Origin: Chloroflexota bacterium
Lineage (GTDB): Bacteria > Chloroflexota > Dehalococcoidia > Lucifugimonadales > GCA-2722455
Length of the DNA: 64,000 bases
NCBI GenBank assembly: GCA_002722455.1
Contig: PBMB01000017.1
Coordinates: forward strand, 140,897-204,896
Direction of reading: 5' to 3'
The notes under the pieces are model-generated. The model made no database searches, was not told the DNA's origin, and was given only the letters and a program-made list of their open reading frames with translations. Below are positions 35,232-45,250 of this stretch, one piece after another; positions within the stretch are counted from its first letter, which is position 1; each line of letters starts with the position of its first letter. The translations under genes and the position numbers were made by a program.

Positions 35232-36008
35232 ATGTATTCGATTGACCTTAGGGGGAAAACTGCACTTGTTTTTGGTGTTGCTAATCAACGTAGTATTGCT
35301 TGGTTCATAGCACAGAAACTAAGTGAGGCTGGTGCAAGATTGGTAATTACGTATCAAAACGAACGCTTGAAAGAAAATGCGATTAAATTAACTAAATCAT
35401 TAGAGTCTCCTGTTTTATTGGAATGTGATGTCCAACAACCGGGGCATATTGAAAATGTTTTCAAGAATATTCAGAACAAAGTAGGTGGATTAGATATTTT
35501 AATTCACAGTATTGCTTATGCAAACCGTGAAGATTTAGGAGGAGAGTTTAGTAAAACAAATAAGGAAGGGTTTTTATTGGCTCTTGAAATAAGTGCGTAT
35601 TCCTTAATTCCAATTGTACGTAATGCCGCCCCTTTATTGAGTAAGCAAGGCGGTACGGTTGTATCCATGACATTTCAAGCATCCGAAAAAGTTTTTCCAG
35701 GTTATAACGTTATGGGAACAGCTAAAGCTGCACTGGAAAACGAAGTTAAACAATTGGCTTATGAGGTTGGGGAACAGGGTGTTCGTGTGAATGCAATTTC
35801 TGCAGGGCCAGTAGATACTCTGTCATCTCGTGTTATAAAAGGATATGTTGACATGAAGAGAGCTGCTGCAGAGAGATCTCCTCTTAGAAAGAATATTTCA
35901 TTGGATGATATAGCAGGAACTGCACTATATTTGTCAAGTGACTTGTCGAGCGGCGTTACCGGAGAGATTATTCACGTTGATGCAGGCTATAATATTATGG
36001 GAATATAA
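35232..36008 (+). CDS. fabI: Enoyl-ACP reductase FabI
   Basis: 258 aa. GVANQRSIAW, HSIAYA and the catalytic YNVMGTAKAALE motif. RBS GAGGAG upstream. Confidence 0.92.
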   Translation: MYSIDLRGKTALVFGVANQRSIAWFIAQKLSEAGARLVITYQNERLKENAIKLTKSLESPVLLECDVQQPGHIENVFKNIQNKVGGLDILIHSIAYANREDLGGEFSKTNKEGFLLALEISAYSLIPIVRNAAPLLSKQGGTVVSMTFQASEKVFPGYNVMGTAKAALENEVKQLAYEVGEQGVRVNAISAGPVDTLSSRVIKGYVDMKRAAAERSPLRKNISLDDIAGTALYLSSDLSSGVTGEIIHVDAGYNIMGI

Positions 36009-36032
36009 ACCAACCCAACTAGATGTATTTTA

Positions 36033-36404
36033 TTGAGTCAGGGTAAAATTGTGGTACATTCCATTTATCTCGAAATTGAAGAGAATCCAAATTGTGAATA
36101 TATGCCTTTACAAGTTTATGAGGCCCTAGAAGAATCGGTACCTATTGAAAAAGTAGTTATGGAGGTACCTGAAAGACCTCATGGTGTTTATCATGTTACA
36201 GGCTGGAATAGTGAAGGAGCCACAACTGCTTATTATGTTCCTATATCTGATTCTGGCCAAGGAGTTGCACACCTTGTTTATGGTGGTGATTGTGGGTTGA
36301 GGTTAAAATTTACTAACAGTAATTCATCTTGGGATTTATTAGACGAAACACAGTGGGGAGAGCCGTATATAATTTTTACTGAAAAAAGCTCGATTTTAAT
36401 TTAA
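36033..36404 (+). CDS. Hypothetical protein (123 aa)
   Basis: ORF only, with no recognisable motif. TTG start, and the exact start is uncertain. Confidence 0.4.
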   Translation: MSQGKIVVHSIYLEIEENPNCEYMPLQVYEALEESVPIEKVVMEVPERPHGVYHVTGWNSEGATTAYYVPISDSGQGVAHLVYGGDCGLRLKFTNSNSSWDLLDETQWGEPYIIFTEKSSILI

Positions 36405-36465
36405 ATACACAATAGCCTCTATTTCATATAATATTTAATATAGTAAAATAAGATTAAAGATAGCT

Positions 36466-36537
36466 CGGGGTGTGGCGCAGCGGGAGCGCGCCTGTTTTGG
36501 GAACAGGAGGTCGTCGGTTCAATCCCGACCACCCCGA
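36466..36537 (+). tRNA. tRNA-Pro (anticodon UGG)
   Basis: Cloverleaf folded by hand. Acceptor CGGGGTG/CACCCCG, D stem GCGC/GCGC, anticodon stem CCTGT/ACAGG with loop TTTGGGA (U33, UGG, G37), T arm GTCGG-TTCAATC-CCGAC, discriminator A. CCA is not encoded. Confidence 0.95.
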
Positions 36538-36550
36538 CATTTCTTCATGA

Positions 36551-37063
36551 TTAATAAAAATAATTTGTCCAGAGAATAGCGTCTAGAACAAGACAATGAA
36601 AGGACAAGTAAGCCATTCCCCACATTGCCAATCGATAAGATCTGTTTTTGGGCCTATGGGGAGATTTGAGAAGTAAGGCTGTTATTACAATGGCAGCAAA
36701 GGCTGTTACCCAAAGACTAACTTGTGTCAGTATCCAAAAAAAACCATTATTGCTCTCAATTACCTTTATTGTTAGTGGCATCCATAGAGAAGCAGAAAAC
36801 AGAAATATAACACATAATAAAATTAAGCGATTAGTTAAAACTCCACCAACGTTTTTTTTGAAAACTATGTTGTAGAAAAATGCAAGATATCCAATTGATG
36901 ACATGATAATTGAAATAAAATAGAATCCCTGCCAGCTTTCAGGAAGATTACCCCATAATTTGGTTTTCATAGACGGATCTGATGTTATTCCTAGGAAATA
37001 TCCACCTAATACAAATATTCCACCAATTAAATTAACGAGTATGAAAAGGCCTAAACGAGACAT
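36551..37063 (-). CDS. Hypothetical integral membrane protein (about 5 TM segments)
   Basis: 170 aa, strongly hydrophobic with regularly spaced helices. No family recognised. Confidence 0.55.
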   Translation of the reverse strand: MSRLGLFILVNLIGGIFVLGGYFLGITSDPSMKTKLWGNLPESWQGFYFISIIMSSIGYLAFFYNIVFKKNVGGVLTNRLILLCVIFLFSASLWMPLTIKVIESNNGFFWILTQVSLWVTAFAAIVITALLLKSPHRPKNRSYRLAMWGMAYLSFHCLVLDAILWTNYFY

Positions 37064-37072
37064 AAAAACGAA

Positions 37073-38173
37073 TTATCCTAGATCCTGCAGTTTGTCTAAG
37101 ACAACTGTGGATAGCAATTCATGAGATCTTATCCACTCCGCTCGAGGGGACCATTCGCTGCCCATGATTAATAGGGTGCCAAAACCTCCAACTTGGTTAT
37201 ATAGTTCTCGAATTTTGTTTGCAACTTCATCTGGGTTGCCAATAATCCATATGTTTTCAGCCATATATTCTTTTGTAATCGCAGAATCCGGAAGAAGTGG
37301 ATCGTTTTTTAACGCATGCATCATTGTGTGTTCTTTATTTATCTTCCTTGAGCATAAAAGAGGCATAAAGTAATTATCCCAATCCCTACCTATAATGCCA
37401 TTTACAGCTAGTTGATAAGCATCATCTGATGAATCAGCTACAAAAACATTTCTAGCAATTCTCCATTGATTACGATTTGCAACTGCCCCTGTTGATTGTG
37501 CTCCTTTTTCTACTGTGTCCCAGTGACTTTTTACTATATTTGTTGGCATCAGATTGATGGACATAGGGATATAACCTCTTTCCCCAGCAAGAGTAAGGGT
37601 GTCTGAGTTTTCAGATACTCCTGCTACTGCAATTGGTGGATGAGGTAATTGATATGGTTTTAGCCAGAATCGAAGCCCGATCTCTTCTTCAGGGCTAGGA
37701 ACATTGAAGTCCCAATATTTATTTTTATAATTTCCGACTTTTGGGTTTTTCCATAAACTGAGTATTAGATCAAGCGCCTGACGAGCCATAGTTCGATGTT
37801 CTCCGGTTTTTGGATCAATGCCTGCTGCATCAAAATCACCAGGGAACCCTCCTGACCCGACACCCCATAAGAAACGACCTTTAGCCATGTGGTCAAGTTG
37901 AGCTATACGGTGTGCGAGTAAAAATGGATTGTGGTTAGGCATGCATGTTACGCCGGTACCAAGTTTAATATTTTTGGTCTTATTTAGCGCTGAGGCAATA
38001 AAAAGATCTGGTGAAGGTATGTTTTCCCATTCTGCCGTGAAATGTTCTCCAATCCATGCTTCAGAATATCCTAGTGTGTCTAAAACTTCAATTTGTTTTA
38101 AGTCATCGTGAAGGGTTTTGGTAAAGTTTGACCCAGGGGGATGCATAGGCATATTAAAATAACCAAGCTTCAT
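37073..38173 (-). CDS. Luciferase-like (LLM class) flavin-dependent monooxygenase/oxidoreductase
   Basis: 366 aa. N-terminus MKLGYFNMPMHPP...LGYSEAWIGEHF and GTGV...NP are typical of bacterial luciferase-family TIM barrels. Substrate unknown. Confidence 0.8.
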   Translation of the reverse strand: MKLGYFNMPMHPPGSNFTKTLHDDLKQIEVLDTLGYSEAWIGEHFTAEWENIPSPDLFIASALNKTKNIKLGTGVTCMPNHNPFLLAHRIAQLDHMAKGRFLWGVGSGGFPGDFDAAGIDPKTGEHRTMARQALDLILSLWKNPKVGNYKNKYWDFNVPSPEEEIGLRFWLKPYQLPHPPIAVAGVSENSDTLTLAGERGYIPMSINLMPTNIVKSHWDTVEKGAQSTGAVANRNQWRIARNVFVADSSDDAYQLAVNGIIGRDWDNYFMPLLCSRKINKEHTMMHALKNDPLLPDSAITKEYMAENIWIIGNPDEVANKIRELYNQVGGFGTLLIMGSEWSPRAEWIRSHELLSTVVLDKLQDLG

Positions 38174-38222
38174 AATAAATTTTCCTTAAATATAATAGTT
38201 TGGGTAAGAATTATATAATTTT

Positions 38223-39335
38223 TTAAACTAAAGATAAACTTGCTATCACGTATGTACCCACATTTCTGTTTTCAGTAAATTCTGTATAATTGCTATCAAT
38301 ATTATATCCAATAATAGGTACCGCCCTCTCATGCTGGGAACCATGTGATCGTAGACCTTTAGGCAGCTGAACTTGGGAAGAATCTCCAAATACTGTTTCC
38401 TTGTTTCCTGTAATTATTATTTGTCCAATTCTCTCTGGGTGAAGGTTGAATTGACTAACGGCCTCTTCGGTTAACATAACGCTGTCTATTCCGGGCACTT
38501 GATTTAATATTTTAACTGCTTTGTGAAGGTTCTTTTCAGAAATGTAGATGAAGAAACCTCCTCCTAAGTTCGAATGATGTACCACGTATCGATCTTTAAT
38601 TAACGGCACCGGACGTGATTCAATTCCATGTTCTTGTAAAATTTTTCCCGGGTCTATTAAGTTTGTTTTATCTGACATTCCATGGTCTGCAGTAATTAAA
38701 ATCGAATATTCTGGGAATTGATTGTATAGGCCACCGATTGCAGAATCTATAAGCTGTAAGTGTAGCCTAGACTCATTACTTTTAGGTGGGTATTTGTGCA
38801 TTGCATAATCTGTAGTAGTTATATAGGTAAACATGGGGTTAAACTCTCTGATAGCATAGGTTGCAGCCCTGATTGTCCAAGCATTAACTTCAAGAGAATA
38901 TATTGGTGGAGGTGGTCCAATAATATTGTTTAGCCATGGGTTATTTTGTTCTGAAGATATGGCATTAGTGGCATCTTTTCCTAAAAGAGTACGCAGTTTG
39001 TCTTTGGAGGTTGCCAGCAGGGTTTTTATTCCTTTATTTTTTGCCATAGTGAAGATTGTTGGATGCAGAATAAATTCACTTGACTCCATGTAGACTTCTT
39101 CACGAGTTTCTTTGACATACCGATAATTTGAGCAAATACCATGTACTTTTGGGTATTGTCCAGTAAGGATCGAAACATTATTAACATTTGTAACTGATGG
39201 CCAGATACACTCACCATGCTTATAAAATCCATTGTCTATGAGAGTTGTAATATTAGGGGTTTCAATTATGTCTAAATATTCAGGGTCTAATCCGTCGATA
39301 CAAATCGCGATTATAGGTTTAGTTTTCTTCATCAA
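38223..39335 (-). CDS. phnA: Phosphonoacetate hydrolase-like alkaline-phosphatase-superfamily enzyme
   Basis: 370 aa. Colinear with PhnA as I remember it: ICIDGLD, PSVTNVNNVSILTGQYPKVHGICSNY (Thr nucleophile), TTTDYAMHK, ITADHGM, YVVHH, RSHGS. Confidence 0.7.
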   Translation of the reverse strand: MMKKTKPIIAICIDGLDPEYLDIIETPNITTLIDNGFYKHGECIWPSVTNVNNVSILTGQYPKVHGICSNYRYVKETREEVYMESSEFILHPTIFTMAKNKGIKTLLATSKDKLRTLLGKDATNAISSEQNNPWLNNIIGPPPPIYSLEVNAWTIRAATYAIREFNPMFTYITTTDYAMHKYPPKSNESRLHLQLIDSAIGGLYNQFPEYSILITADHGMSDKTNLIDPGKILQEHGIESRPVPLIKDRYVVHHSNLGGGFFIYISEKNLHKAVKILNQVPGIDSVMLTEEAVSQFNLHPERIGQIIITGNKETVFGDSSQVQLPKGLRSHGSQHERAVPIIGYNIDSNYTEFTENRNVGTYVIASLSLV

Positions 39336-39507
39336 AACAATCCTTTTGGATACAAAGTGTACTCTTAGTTATGGTAGTATTTTTATGTATAGTTAAAATT
39401 TATTATACAAAATACAAATCTTTTTTGAGGTAAATGTTGCTAAACTTTGATATTTTTTTAAAATACATCATAATTTACTATAGCAATTTTAAGGCGAAAG
39501 AGGATAT

Positions 39508-42500
39508 ATGTTTAAGCCCGTAAATAAATCCATAAATTTTCCTGATATGGAAAAAGATATTTTAGAATGGTGGGAAAAACATGGAATTGTAAAGAAATAT
39601 CTCAATAAAAATCAAAATTCCTCGAAAAGATATTCTTTTATAGATGGCCCAATTACTGCAAATAACCCTATGGGTGTTCACCATGCATGGGGACGTACTT
39701 ACAAGGATCTTTTTCAGAGATATTATGCAATGAAAGGCTATGATCAAAGATTTCAAAACGGTTTTGATGGACAAGGTTTATGGATTGAAGTTGAGGTTGA
39801 AAAGGAACTCCAATTTAAATCAAAAAAGGACATTGAGGTTTTTGGAGTAGATAAATTTGTAAATTTGTGTAAGCAAAGAGTCATGAAGTTTGCCGACATA
39901 CAATCCCAACAATCTATTCGACTAGGATATTGGATGAATTGGGATAATTCTTACCACACTATGTCAGATGAAAACAATTATATGATTTGGCAGTTTTTAA
40001 AAAAGTGTTTTGAAAGAGGATTGATTTATGAAGGTACGGACGTAATGCCTTGGTGTCCCAGGTGTGGAACAGGATTATCTGAACACGAAATAGCAACAGA
40101 AGGATATAAGGATATAGTACATGATAGTTTATTTGTCTTATTTCCTTTGAAATCTGTGCCAAATGAATCGTTATTAATATGGACAACTACGCCTTGGACA
40201 TTGACCGCAAATACTGGTGTGGCAGTTAATCCTGAGATAGATTATGTGAAAGCAAAACTAGAAAACGGAAACATGGTTTATGTTGCTAAGGAGAGACTAA
40301 AACACATTGGCTCTGACTTGGAAGTCGTAACTGAGTTAAAAGGCTCTGAATTGATAGGCCTGACTTATGATGGGCCTTTCGACTTTTTACCTAGTCAGCA
40401 AAAAGTTGAAAGAAAAGTTGTTCCTTCTGATACAGTTACTACCGAAGAAGGAACAGGGCTTGTGCACATGGCTCCTGCTGCAGGTAAAGAAGATTTTATT
40501 ATAGGTAAAGCAGAAGGGCTAGCAATTATTTCACCAATAGATGATCAGGGTAAATTTCTTGCAAATTTCGGTAGTTTTTCTGGAAGGACGGTTTTTGAAG
40601 TTAAAGAAGATATTATTAATAGTCTCCAGGAAAGAGAGATACTTTTCCGTGTTGAAAAGTACAAACATAGGTATCCTGTGTGCTGGAGATGCGACACTGA
40701 ATTAGTGTTTCGTTTGGTTGATGAATGGTTTATTTCTATGGATGGTTTGCGCAGTGAAATTGCCACTGTTGTGAAACAAGTTAATTGGATACCAGAATTT
40801 GGGCTTCAACGTGAATTAGATTGGCTTAAAAATATGAGCGATTGGATGATATCTAAAAAGAGATACTGGGGATTAGCATTGCCAATCTATAAATGTTCGT
40901 GTGGTCATTTTGACGTAATTGGTAGCAAGGAAGAATTAAAAGAGAGGGCGGTTGAAGGGTTTGAAGAATTCGAAGGAAATTCTCCTCACAAACCATGGAT
41001 AGATAAAGTTGTGATAGAGTGTCAGTCTTGTGGTGGAAAAGTTAAGCGTATTTTAGATGTTGGAAATCCATGGTTAGATGCAGGAATAGTTGCGTTCTCA
41101 ACCCTAGAATATAACAAAAACAAAAATTATTGGAAGAAATGGTATCCTGCAGACATGATTACAGAAAGTTTTCCGGGGCAGTTTCGTAATTGGTTTTATT
41201 CTTTTTTAACGATGAGTACCGTATTAGAGTCATCAATTCCAACTAAGGCTATTTTTGGTTATGCATTAGTTAGGGATGAAAAGGGAAATGAAATGCATAA
41301 AAGTAAAGGGAATGCTGTTTGGTTTGATGATGCTGCCGAGGAAATGGGAGTGGATGTGATGAGGTGGCTCTATACAAGGCAAAATCCATCCTCCAATTTG
41401 AATTTTGGTTATGGTATAGGAGACGAAATTAGGCGAAGGCATATAATTCCACTTTGGAATGTATATTCTTTTTTTGTTACATATGCGAATATAGATTCAT
41501 TTAATCCGACAGATGAATTTATTCCTTTTTCAGATATTTCGGATCATGATAAATGGATTATTTCAGAGTTAAACATACTAATAAGAGATGTTTCTATAGC
41601 TTTAGAACACTTCCAACCTGATGTTGCTTCACATAGAGTAGAAGATTTTTTGGAGATACTATCTAATTGGTATGTACGTAGAAGTAGAAGGAGGTTTTGG
41701 AAATCTGGAGAATTTAAGCCTGGCCAAGAGTTTGATTCTGAAAAATTAATGGCTTATCAAACTTTATACACATGCCTAGTTTCATTAAGTAAATTAATTG
41801 CTCCATTTATGCCTTTTTTAGCAGAAGAAATCTATCAAAATCTAGCCAATTCATTTGGCTTGGGTTGTGAGAGTGTTCACCTTGAAGGTTATCCTCAAAC
41901 TGATGAGAATTTAATTCTAAGTGATTTGTCTAAGGCTAATACATTAGCGTTGCGTGTGTGTAGCTTAGCTAGGTCTCTTAGAACTAGTATGGGGGTTGGT
42001 ATACGTCAACCATTGAGTCAGCTTCGTGTATGGATTGATAAAAATGAAGAAAAACCCTTTTTATTAAAAATGGAAAAACTCATCTGTGATGAATTAAACA
42101 TCAAGGAGCTGAAATCCATTAATAAGAAAGAACTGAGTGAATATGTAGACTTCCAGCTAGATGTTGACTATTCAGTATTAGGTCCGATATTTGGTGCAAA
42201 ATTAAATAAAGTAGTAAGTCATTTGAATAAAATGCAACTTGAAAAATTAATGTCTATAGTTGAAACGTCTACAAGTGATTGTATAAAAGTTGACGTGTTT
42301 GATGTTCCAATTACAGGTATTAGGTTTCAGCCTATTAATAAAAAAGACAGTATTACTAAGATGGAAAAAGATTTAGCCGTTGTTCTTGACACTAAAATTA
42401 CTAAAAACCTAGAGATGGAAGGTATAGCGAGGGAAATAGTCCATAGGGTGCAAACATTACGCCGTGATGCTGAATTTGAATTAACTGACCAAGTCAACTT

Positions 42501-42684
42501 GACCTATTTTACTGAATCACCAGTGATTGAAGGTGCAATAAATGCCTTTGAAAACCATATAATGTCTGAGGTGTTAGCTACTAAAATTAATAAAACATCA
42601 TCTGGTAAAAATTCAAAAATGATTGAATATACTATACGGGGTGATCTTTTGTTTGTTGAGGTTTTACCTTCCAGTAATTCCTAA
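39508..42684 (+). CDS. ileS: Isoleucyl-tRNA synthetase
   Basis: 1058 aa, class I. HIGH-region variant GVHHAWGR and KMSKS variant MHKSKGN. Editing-domain TTPWTLTAN and zinc-type CPRCG and CWRCD motifs. Confidence 0.93.
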   Translation: MFKPVNKSINFPDMEKDILEWWEKHGIVKKYLNKNQNSSKRYSFIDGPITANNPMGVHHAWGRTYKDLFQRYYAMKGYDQRFQNGFDGQGLWIEVEVEKELQFKSKKDIEVFGVDKFVNLCKQRVMKFADIQSQQSIRLGYWMNWDNSYHTMSDENNYMIWQFLKKCFERGLIYEGTDVMPWCPRCGTGLSEHEIATEGYKDIVHDSLFVLFPLKSVPNESLLIWTTTPWTLTANTGVAVNPEIDYVKAKLENGNMVYVAKERLKHIGSDLEVVTELKGSELIGLTYDGPFDFLPSQQKVERKVVPSDTVTTEEGTGLVHMAPAAGKEDFIIGKAEGLAIISPIDDQGKFLANFGSFSGRTVFEVKEDIINSLQEREILFRVEKYKHRYPVCWRCDTELVFRLVDEWFISMDGLRSEIATVVKQVNWIPEFGLQRELDWLKNMSDWMISKKRYWGLALPIYKCSCGHFDVIGSKEELKERAVEGFEEFEGNSPHKPWIDKVVIECQSCGGKVKRILDVGNPWLDAGIVAFSTLEYNKNKNYWKKWYPADMITESFPGQFRNWFYSFLTMSTVLESSIPTKAIFGYALVRDEKGNEMHKSKGNAVWFDDAAEEMGVDVMRWLYTRQNPSSNLNFGYGIGDEIRRRHIIPLWNVYSFFVTYANIDSFNPTDEFIPFSDISDHDKWIISELNILIRDVSIALEHFQPDVASHRVEDFLEILSNWYVRRSRRRFWKSGEFKPGQEFDSEKLMAYQTLYTCLVSLSKLIAPFMPFLAEEIYQNLANSFGLGCESVHLEGYPQTDENLILSDLSKANTLALRVCSLARSLRTSMGVGIRQPLSQLRVWIDKNEEKPFLLKMEKLICDELNIKELKSINKKELSEYVDFQLDVDYSVLGPIFGAKLNKVVSHLNKMQLEKLMSIVETSTSDCIKVDVFDVPITGIRFQPINKKDSITKMEKDLAVVLDTKITKNLEMEGIAREIVHRVQTLRRDAEFELTDQVNLTYFTESPVIEGAINAFENHIMSEVLATKINKTSSGKNSKMIEYTIRGDLLFVEVLPSSNS

Positions 42685-42692
42685 AGCCTTGA

Positions 42693-43787
42693 TCATTGAG
42701 TTCGTTCAATGAGTGTCACTATAGCAGTGAGTATTTTATTCTGTCTACTATATTGAACTGTAATTTTGTCACCAACACGATAAGACCAAAGTATGTTTAG
42801 CCATGTTGCCACATCTGGGGTTGGATTATTATCGATACTTATCATTACGTCTCCAATTTGCAGTCCTGCTTTGTAAGAAGGGCCATCGGGAGTTAAGTTA
42901 GTAACAATCACTCCTTCTGTAAGTTTTAAACCCAATTCATTTGCTGTAGCTGGAGAAAGATCAAAACCACTCATACCCATAAGTGGACGGATTACACGAC
43001 CATATTGTATAAGACTGTCAATGATAGGAGTTGCAGCAGAAGAACTAATTGCAAACCCTACACCTTCTGCTTGCCGAATAATGGCATGATTTATACCGAC
43101 CACCTCTCCTGCCAGATTTATTAGAGGCCCCCCACTATTGCCACTATTAATTGCTGCATCAGTTTGGATCAAATTATAGAATTGTTGGTTAGAACTAGTT
43201 GTAATTGTACGATCTAGTCCACTAACAATTCCTAATGTAACGGTAGGATTTCCTTTAAGCGCTAGTGCATTACCTATGGTTAACACCCAATCACCAACAC
43301 GTAATGTTTCAGTATTAGCAAATTTTGCAGTACTTAGATTAGAGGCATTAATTTTTAGAACAGCTAGGTCGGAAATATAATCAATACCAATAATTTTTGA
43401 AGTGTATGATTGTCCGTTTGGAAGATGAACTTTGATTTCAGAAGCATTTTTAATAACATGGTAATTTGTTACTATAAAACCGTTTTCTTTAACTATAATT
43501 CCAGAACCAGCACCTGAATCCATAGAGTTGTAGAAAAACCCTCTTGTTAGAGATTTAGTGCTAATTGAAACAACGGCAGGGTTTACTTTTTCGACTATAT
43601 TGGACAAAGATGGAAGTTGGGTTTCAGTCGGGAGTTTTTCTGTAATGACATTGTTAGAAATAGAAGCAAGATCCTGGGAATCATCTGAGGTTTTAGTGAC
43701 TTGTTCGGGCAACTCACTTTCTAATGAACAAGACATAAACATTAAAGTAAAGAATAATGTGATAAAAAGATTAGTGTGTGAAATCAT
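42693..43787 (-). CDS. HtrA/DegP-family serine protease with PDZ domain
   Basis: 364 aa. N-terminal hydrophobic anchor, trypsin-like triad with GNSGGPLIN, and a C-terminal PDZ-like segment. Confidence 0.88.
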   Translation of the reverse strand: MISHTNLFITLFFTLMFMSCSLESELPEQVTKTSDDSQDLASISNNVITEKLPTETQLPSLSNIVEKVNPAVVSISTKSLTRGFFYNSMDSGAGSGIIVKENGFIVTNYHVIKNASEIKVHLPNGQSYTSKIIGIDYISDLAVLKINASNLSTAKFANTETLRVGDWVLTIGNALALKGNPTVTLGIVSGLDRTITTSSNQQFYNLIQTDAAINSGNSGGPLINLAGEVVGINHAIIRQAEGVGFAISSSAATPIIDSLIQYGRVIRPLMGMSGFDLSPATANELGLKLTEGVIVTNLTPDGPSYKAGLQIGDVMISIDNNPTPDVATWLNILWSYRVGDKITVQYSRQNKILTAIVTLIERTQ

Positions 43788-43790
43788 TAA

Positions 43791-44750
43791 TTACCGTTCA
43801 TTGTTAGTTAATCTAAATGAAACACGGGAAAATCCGGTTAATATGAATTTAATAGACACAGGGTCTTTTAAGTCAGAAAATGTGTTCATGTAGTGTGAGA
43901 ATCGCGAGGTAATTAGTGCGCCTGCCAATACAAAAATTGCTGACCAATACGCCCAAAGTAATAGAGCAATTACCGCGGAAAACGGACCGTATAGAACATT
44001 GAAATCGCTATTATCCAATACATTAACCACATAAAAAACGAATACTTCATTCAGAAAATATAGACATATTGATGTTAGTAATGCACCTGGAAGTACGTGG
44101 TGGAAATTTACTTGGGTATTAGGCAAAATTTTGTATAATCCAGACAATGTGATAAAAACAATTATTGGAAAAATTAAGAATGATGCAAGTTGAAATAATA
44201 TACTAGAGCTAATCACGGCGAATTGTTCGAAAATTATAGTTTCTTGTGCAATGTTGTTAAATACTTCTTGTGTAATCTGTAGTATAGGGCCGATTACTAG
44301 GACTGTTACAACTAAAAGACCCGCTATAATAACAAGTGCAAAGTCCATGATACGTTCAATCAAATATGCCCTCGCTTTATATATTCCCCAAGCTGCATTA
44401 ATTCCTTTTCGAATAACCCCAAATGATACTGTCGAAGCTATCAATAGTAAAAATACGCTTACAATACCTGTTGTTGTTCTTCGTTCTATAGCAAATTCTA
44501 TTTGCTGAGATATATATCCTCCTACAGGTTCTCTAGACCATTCAGGGAGTATTTCAATTAAGTTGATGGCAAAATCTGCTTGAGTAGGATTAACTATATA
44601 GGAAACTATTAAGGTAATTGACAACAATAGCGGAAAGATTGAAAACAGAGACCAAAATGCAATTGCCCCAGCAATAAGTTGGCAATTTTTTCCTAAAAAA
44701 TCGTTAACGCATGAAACGCAAAAAAAAGAAAATCTAAGTACAGTTAACAT
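43791..44750 (-). CDS. YihY/BrkB-family membrane protein
   Basis: 319 aa and polytopic. The N-terminal GAIAFWSLFSIFPLLL motif is typical of the family. Confidence 0.7.
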   Translation of the reverse strand: MLTVLRFSFFCVSCVNDFLGKNCQLIAGAIAFWSLFSIFPLLLSITLIVSYIVNPTQADFAINLIEILPEWSREPVGGYISQQIEFAIERRTTTGIVSVFLLLIASTVSFGVIRKGINAAWGIYKARAYLIERIMDFALVIIAGLLVVTVLVIGPILQITQEVFNNIAQETIIFEQFAVISSSILFQLASFLIFPIIVFITLSGLYKILPNTQVNFHHVLPGALLTSICLYFLNEVFVFYVVNVLDNSDFNVLYGPFSAVIALLLWAYWSAIFVLAGALITSRFSHYMNTFSDLKDPVSIKFILTGFSRVSFRLTNNER

Positions 44751-44938
44751 TGTTTTAGCAATATATTGTTTATAAAGATCACAATTTATTTTATTTGTAG
44801 TTTATTTTGAAAAACACTTAATCTAAATTAGCTTTTTTATAATAATGTGTCAACTTTTAAGTTGGAGTATGTACTTAGATTTTGATTTGAGCTAATATGC
44901 ACTGACATGATATACTTCAATTTAGTGAGGGTTTTTGT

Positions 44939-45241
44939 ATGGATGTCATTACTGAACGTATATATGATTATGAAATAGGTATGATTGTTACTCCTGATGC
45001 GACCGAGGAGGAGCTTTCGTCAATTATTGATAAAGTTAATACATTAATTACCGATAGCGGTGGGAGTGTTAAAGAGACAGATATTCGAGGTGTAAAACGG
45101 ATGCTGTATCCTATCAAAAAATTTAGAGAAGGCCTTTATGTTTTTCAGCAATTTTCTGTTGAAAGCAACAAAGTTTCGGTAATTAATAACCACTTAAATA
45201 TTAACCAGTCCGTATTAAGGTATCTTATAACACGTTTGTGA
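44939..45241 (+). CDS. rpsF: 30S ribosomal protein S6
   Basis: 100 aa. YEIGMIVTPD...G...E.D.RGVKRMLYPIKK...G.Y pattern. Followed by ssb as in the canonical operon. Confidence 0.9.
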   Translation: MDVITERIYDYEIGMIVTPDATEEELSSIIDKVNTLITDSGGSVKETDIRGVKRMLYPIKKFREGLYVFQQFSVESNKVSVINNHLNINQSVLRYLITRL

Positions 45242-45250
45242 GGTTCTAGT

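Noticed and set aside
36466-39335. Possibility that tRNA-Pro marks an integrated genomic island (membrane protein, LLM, phnA).
   Set aside because: I found no integrase or recombinase, no direct repeat of the tRNA 3' end downstream, and no mobile-element genes. It is kept only as a gene-neighbourhood observation.
39336-39507. T-box or other riboswitch leaders upstream of ileS, and likewise upstream of lysS (47388..47615) and pheS (62885..63106).
   Set aside because: The spacers are short, very AT-rich, and lack the conserved T-box sequence (AA.GGTGGTACCGCG-like), the specifier-loop architecture and terminator stems.
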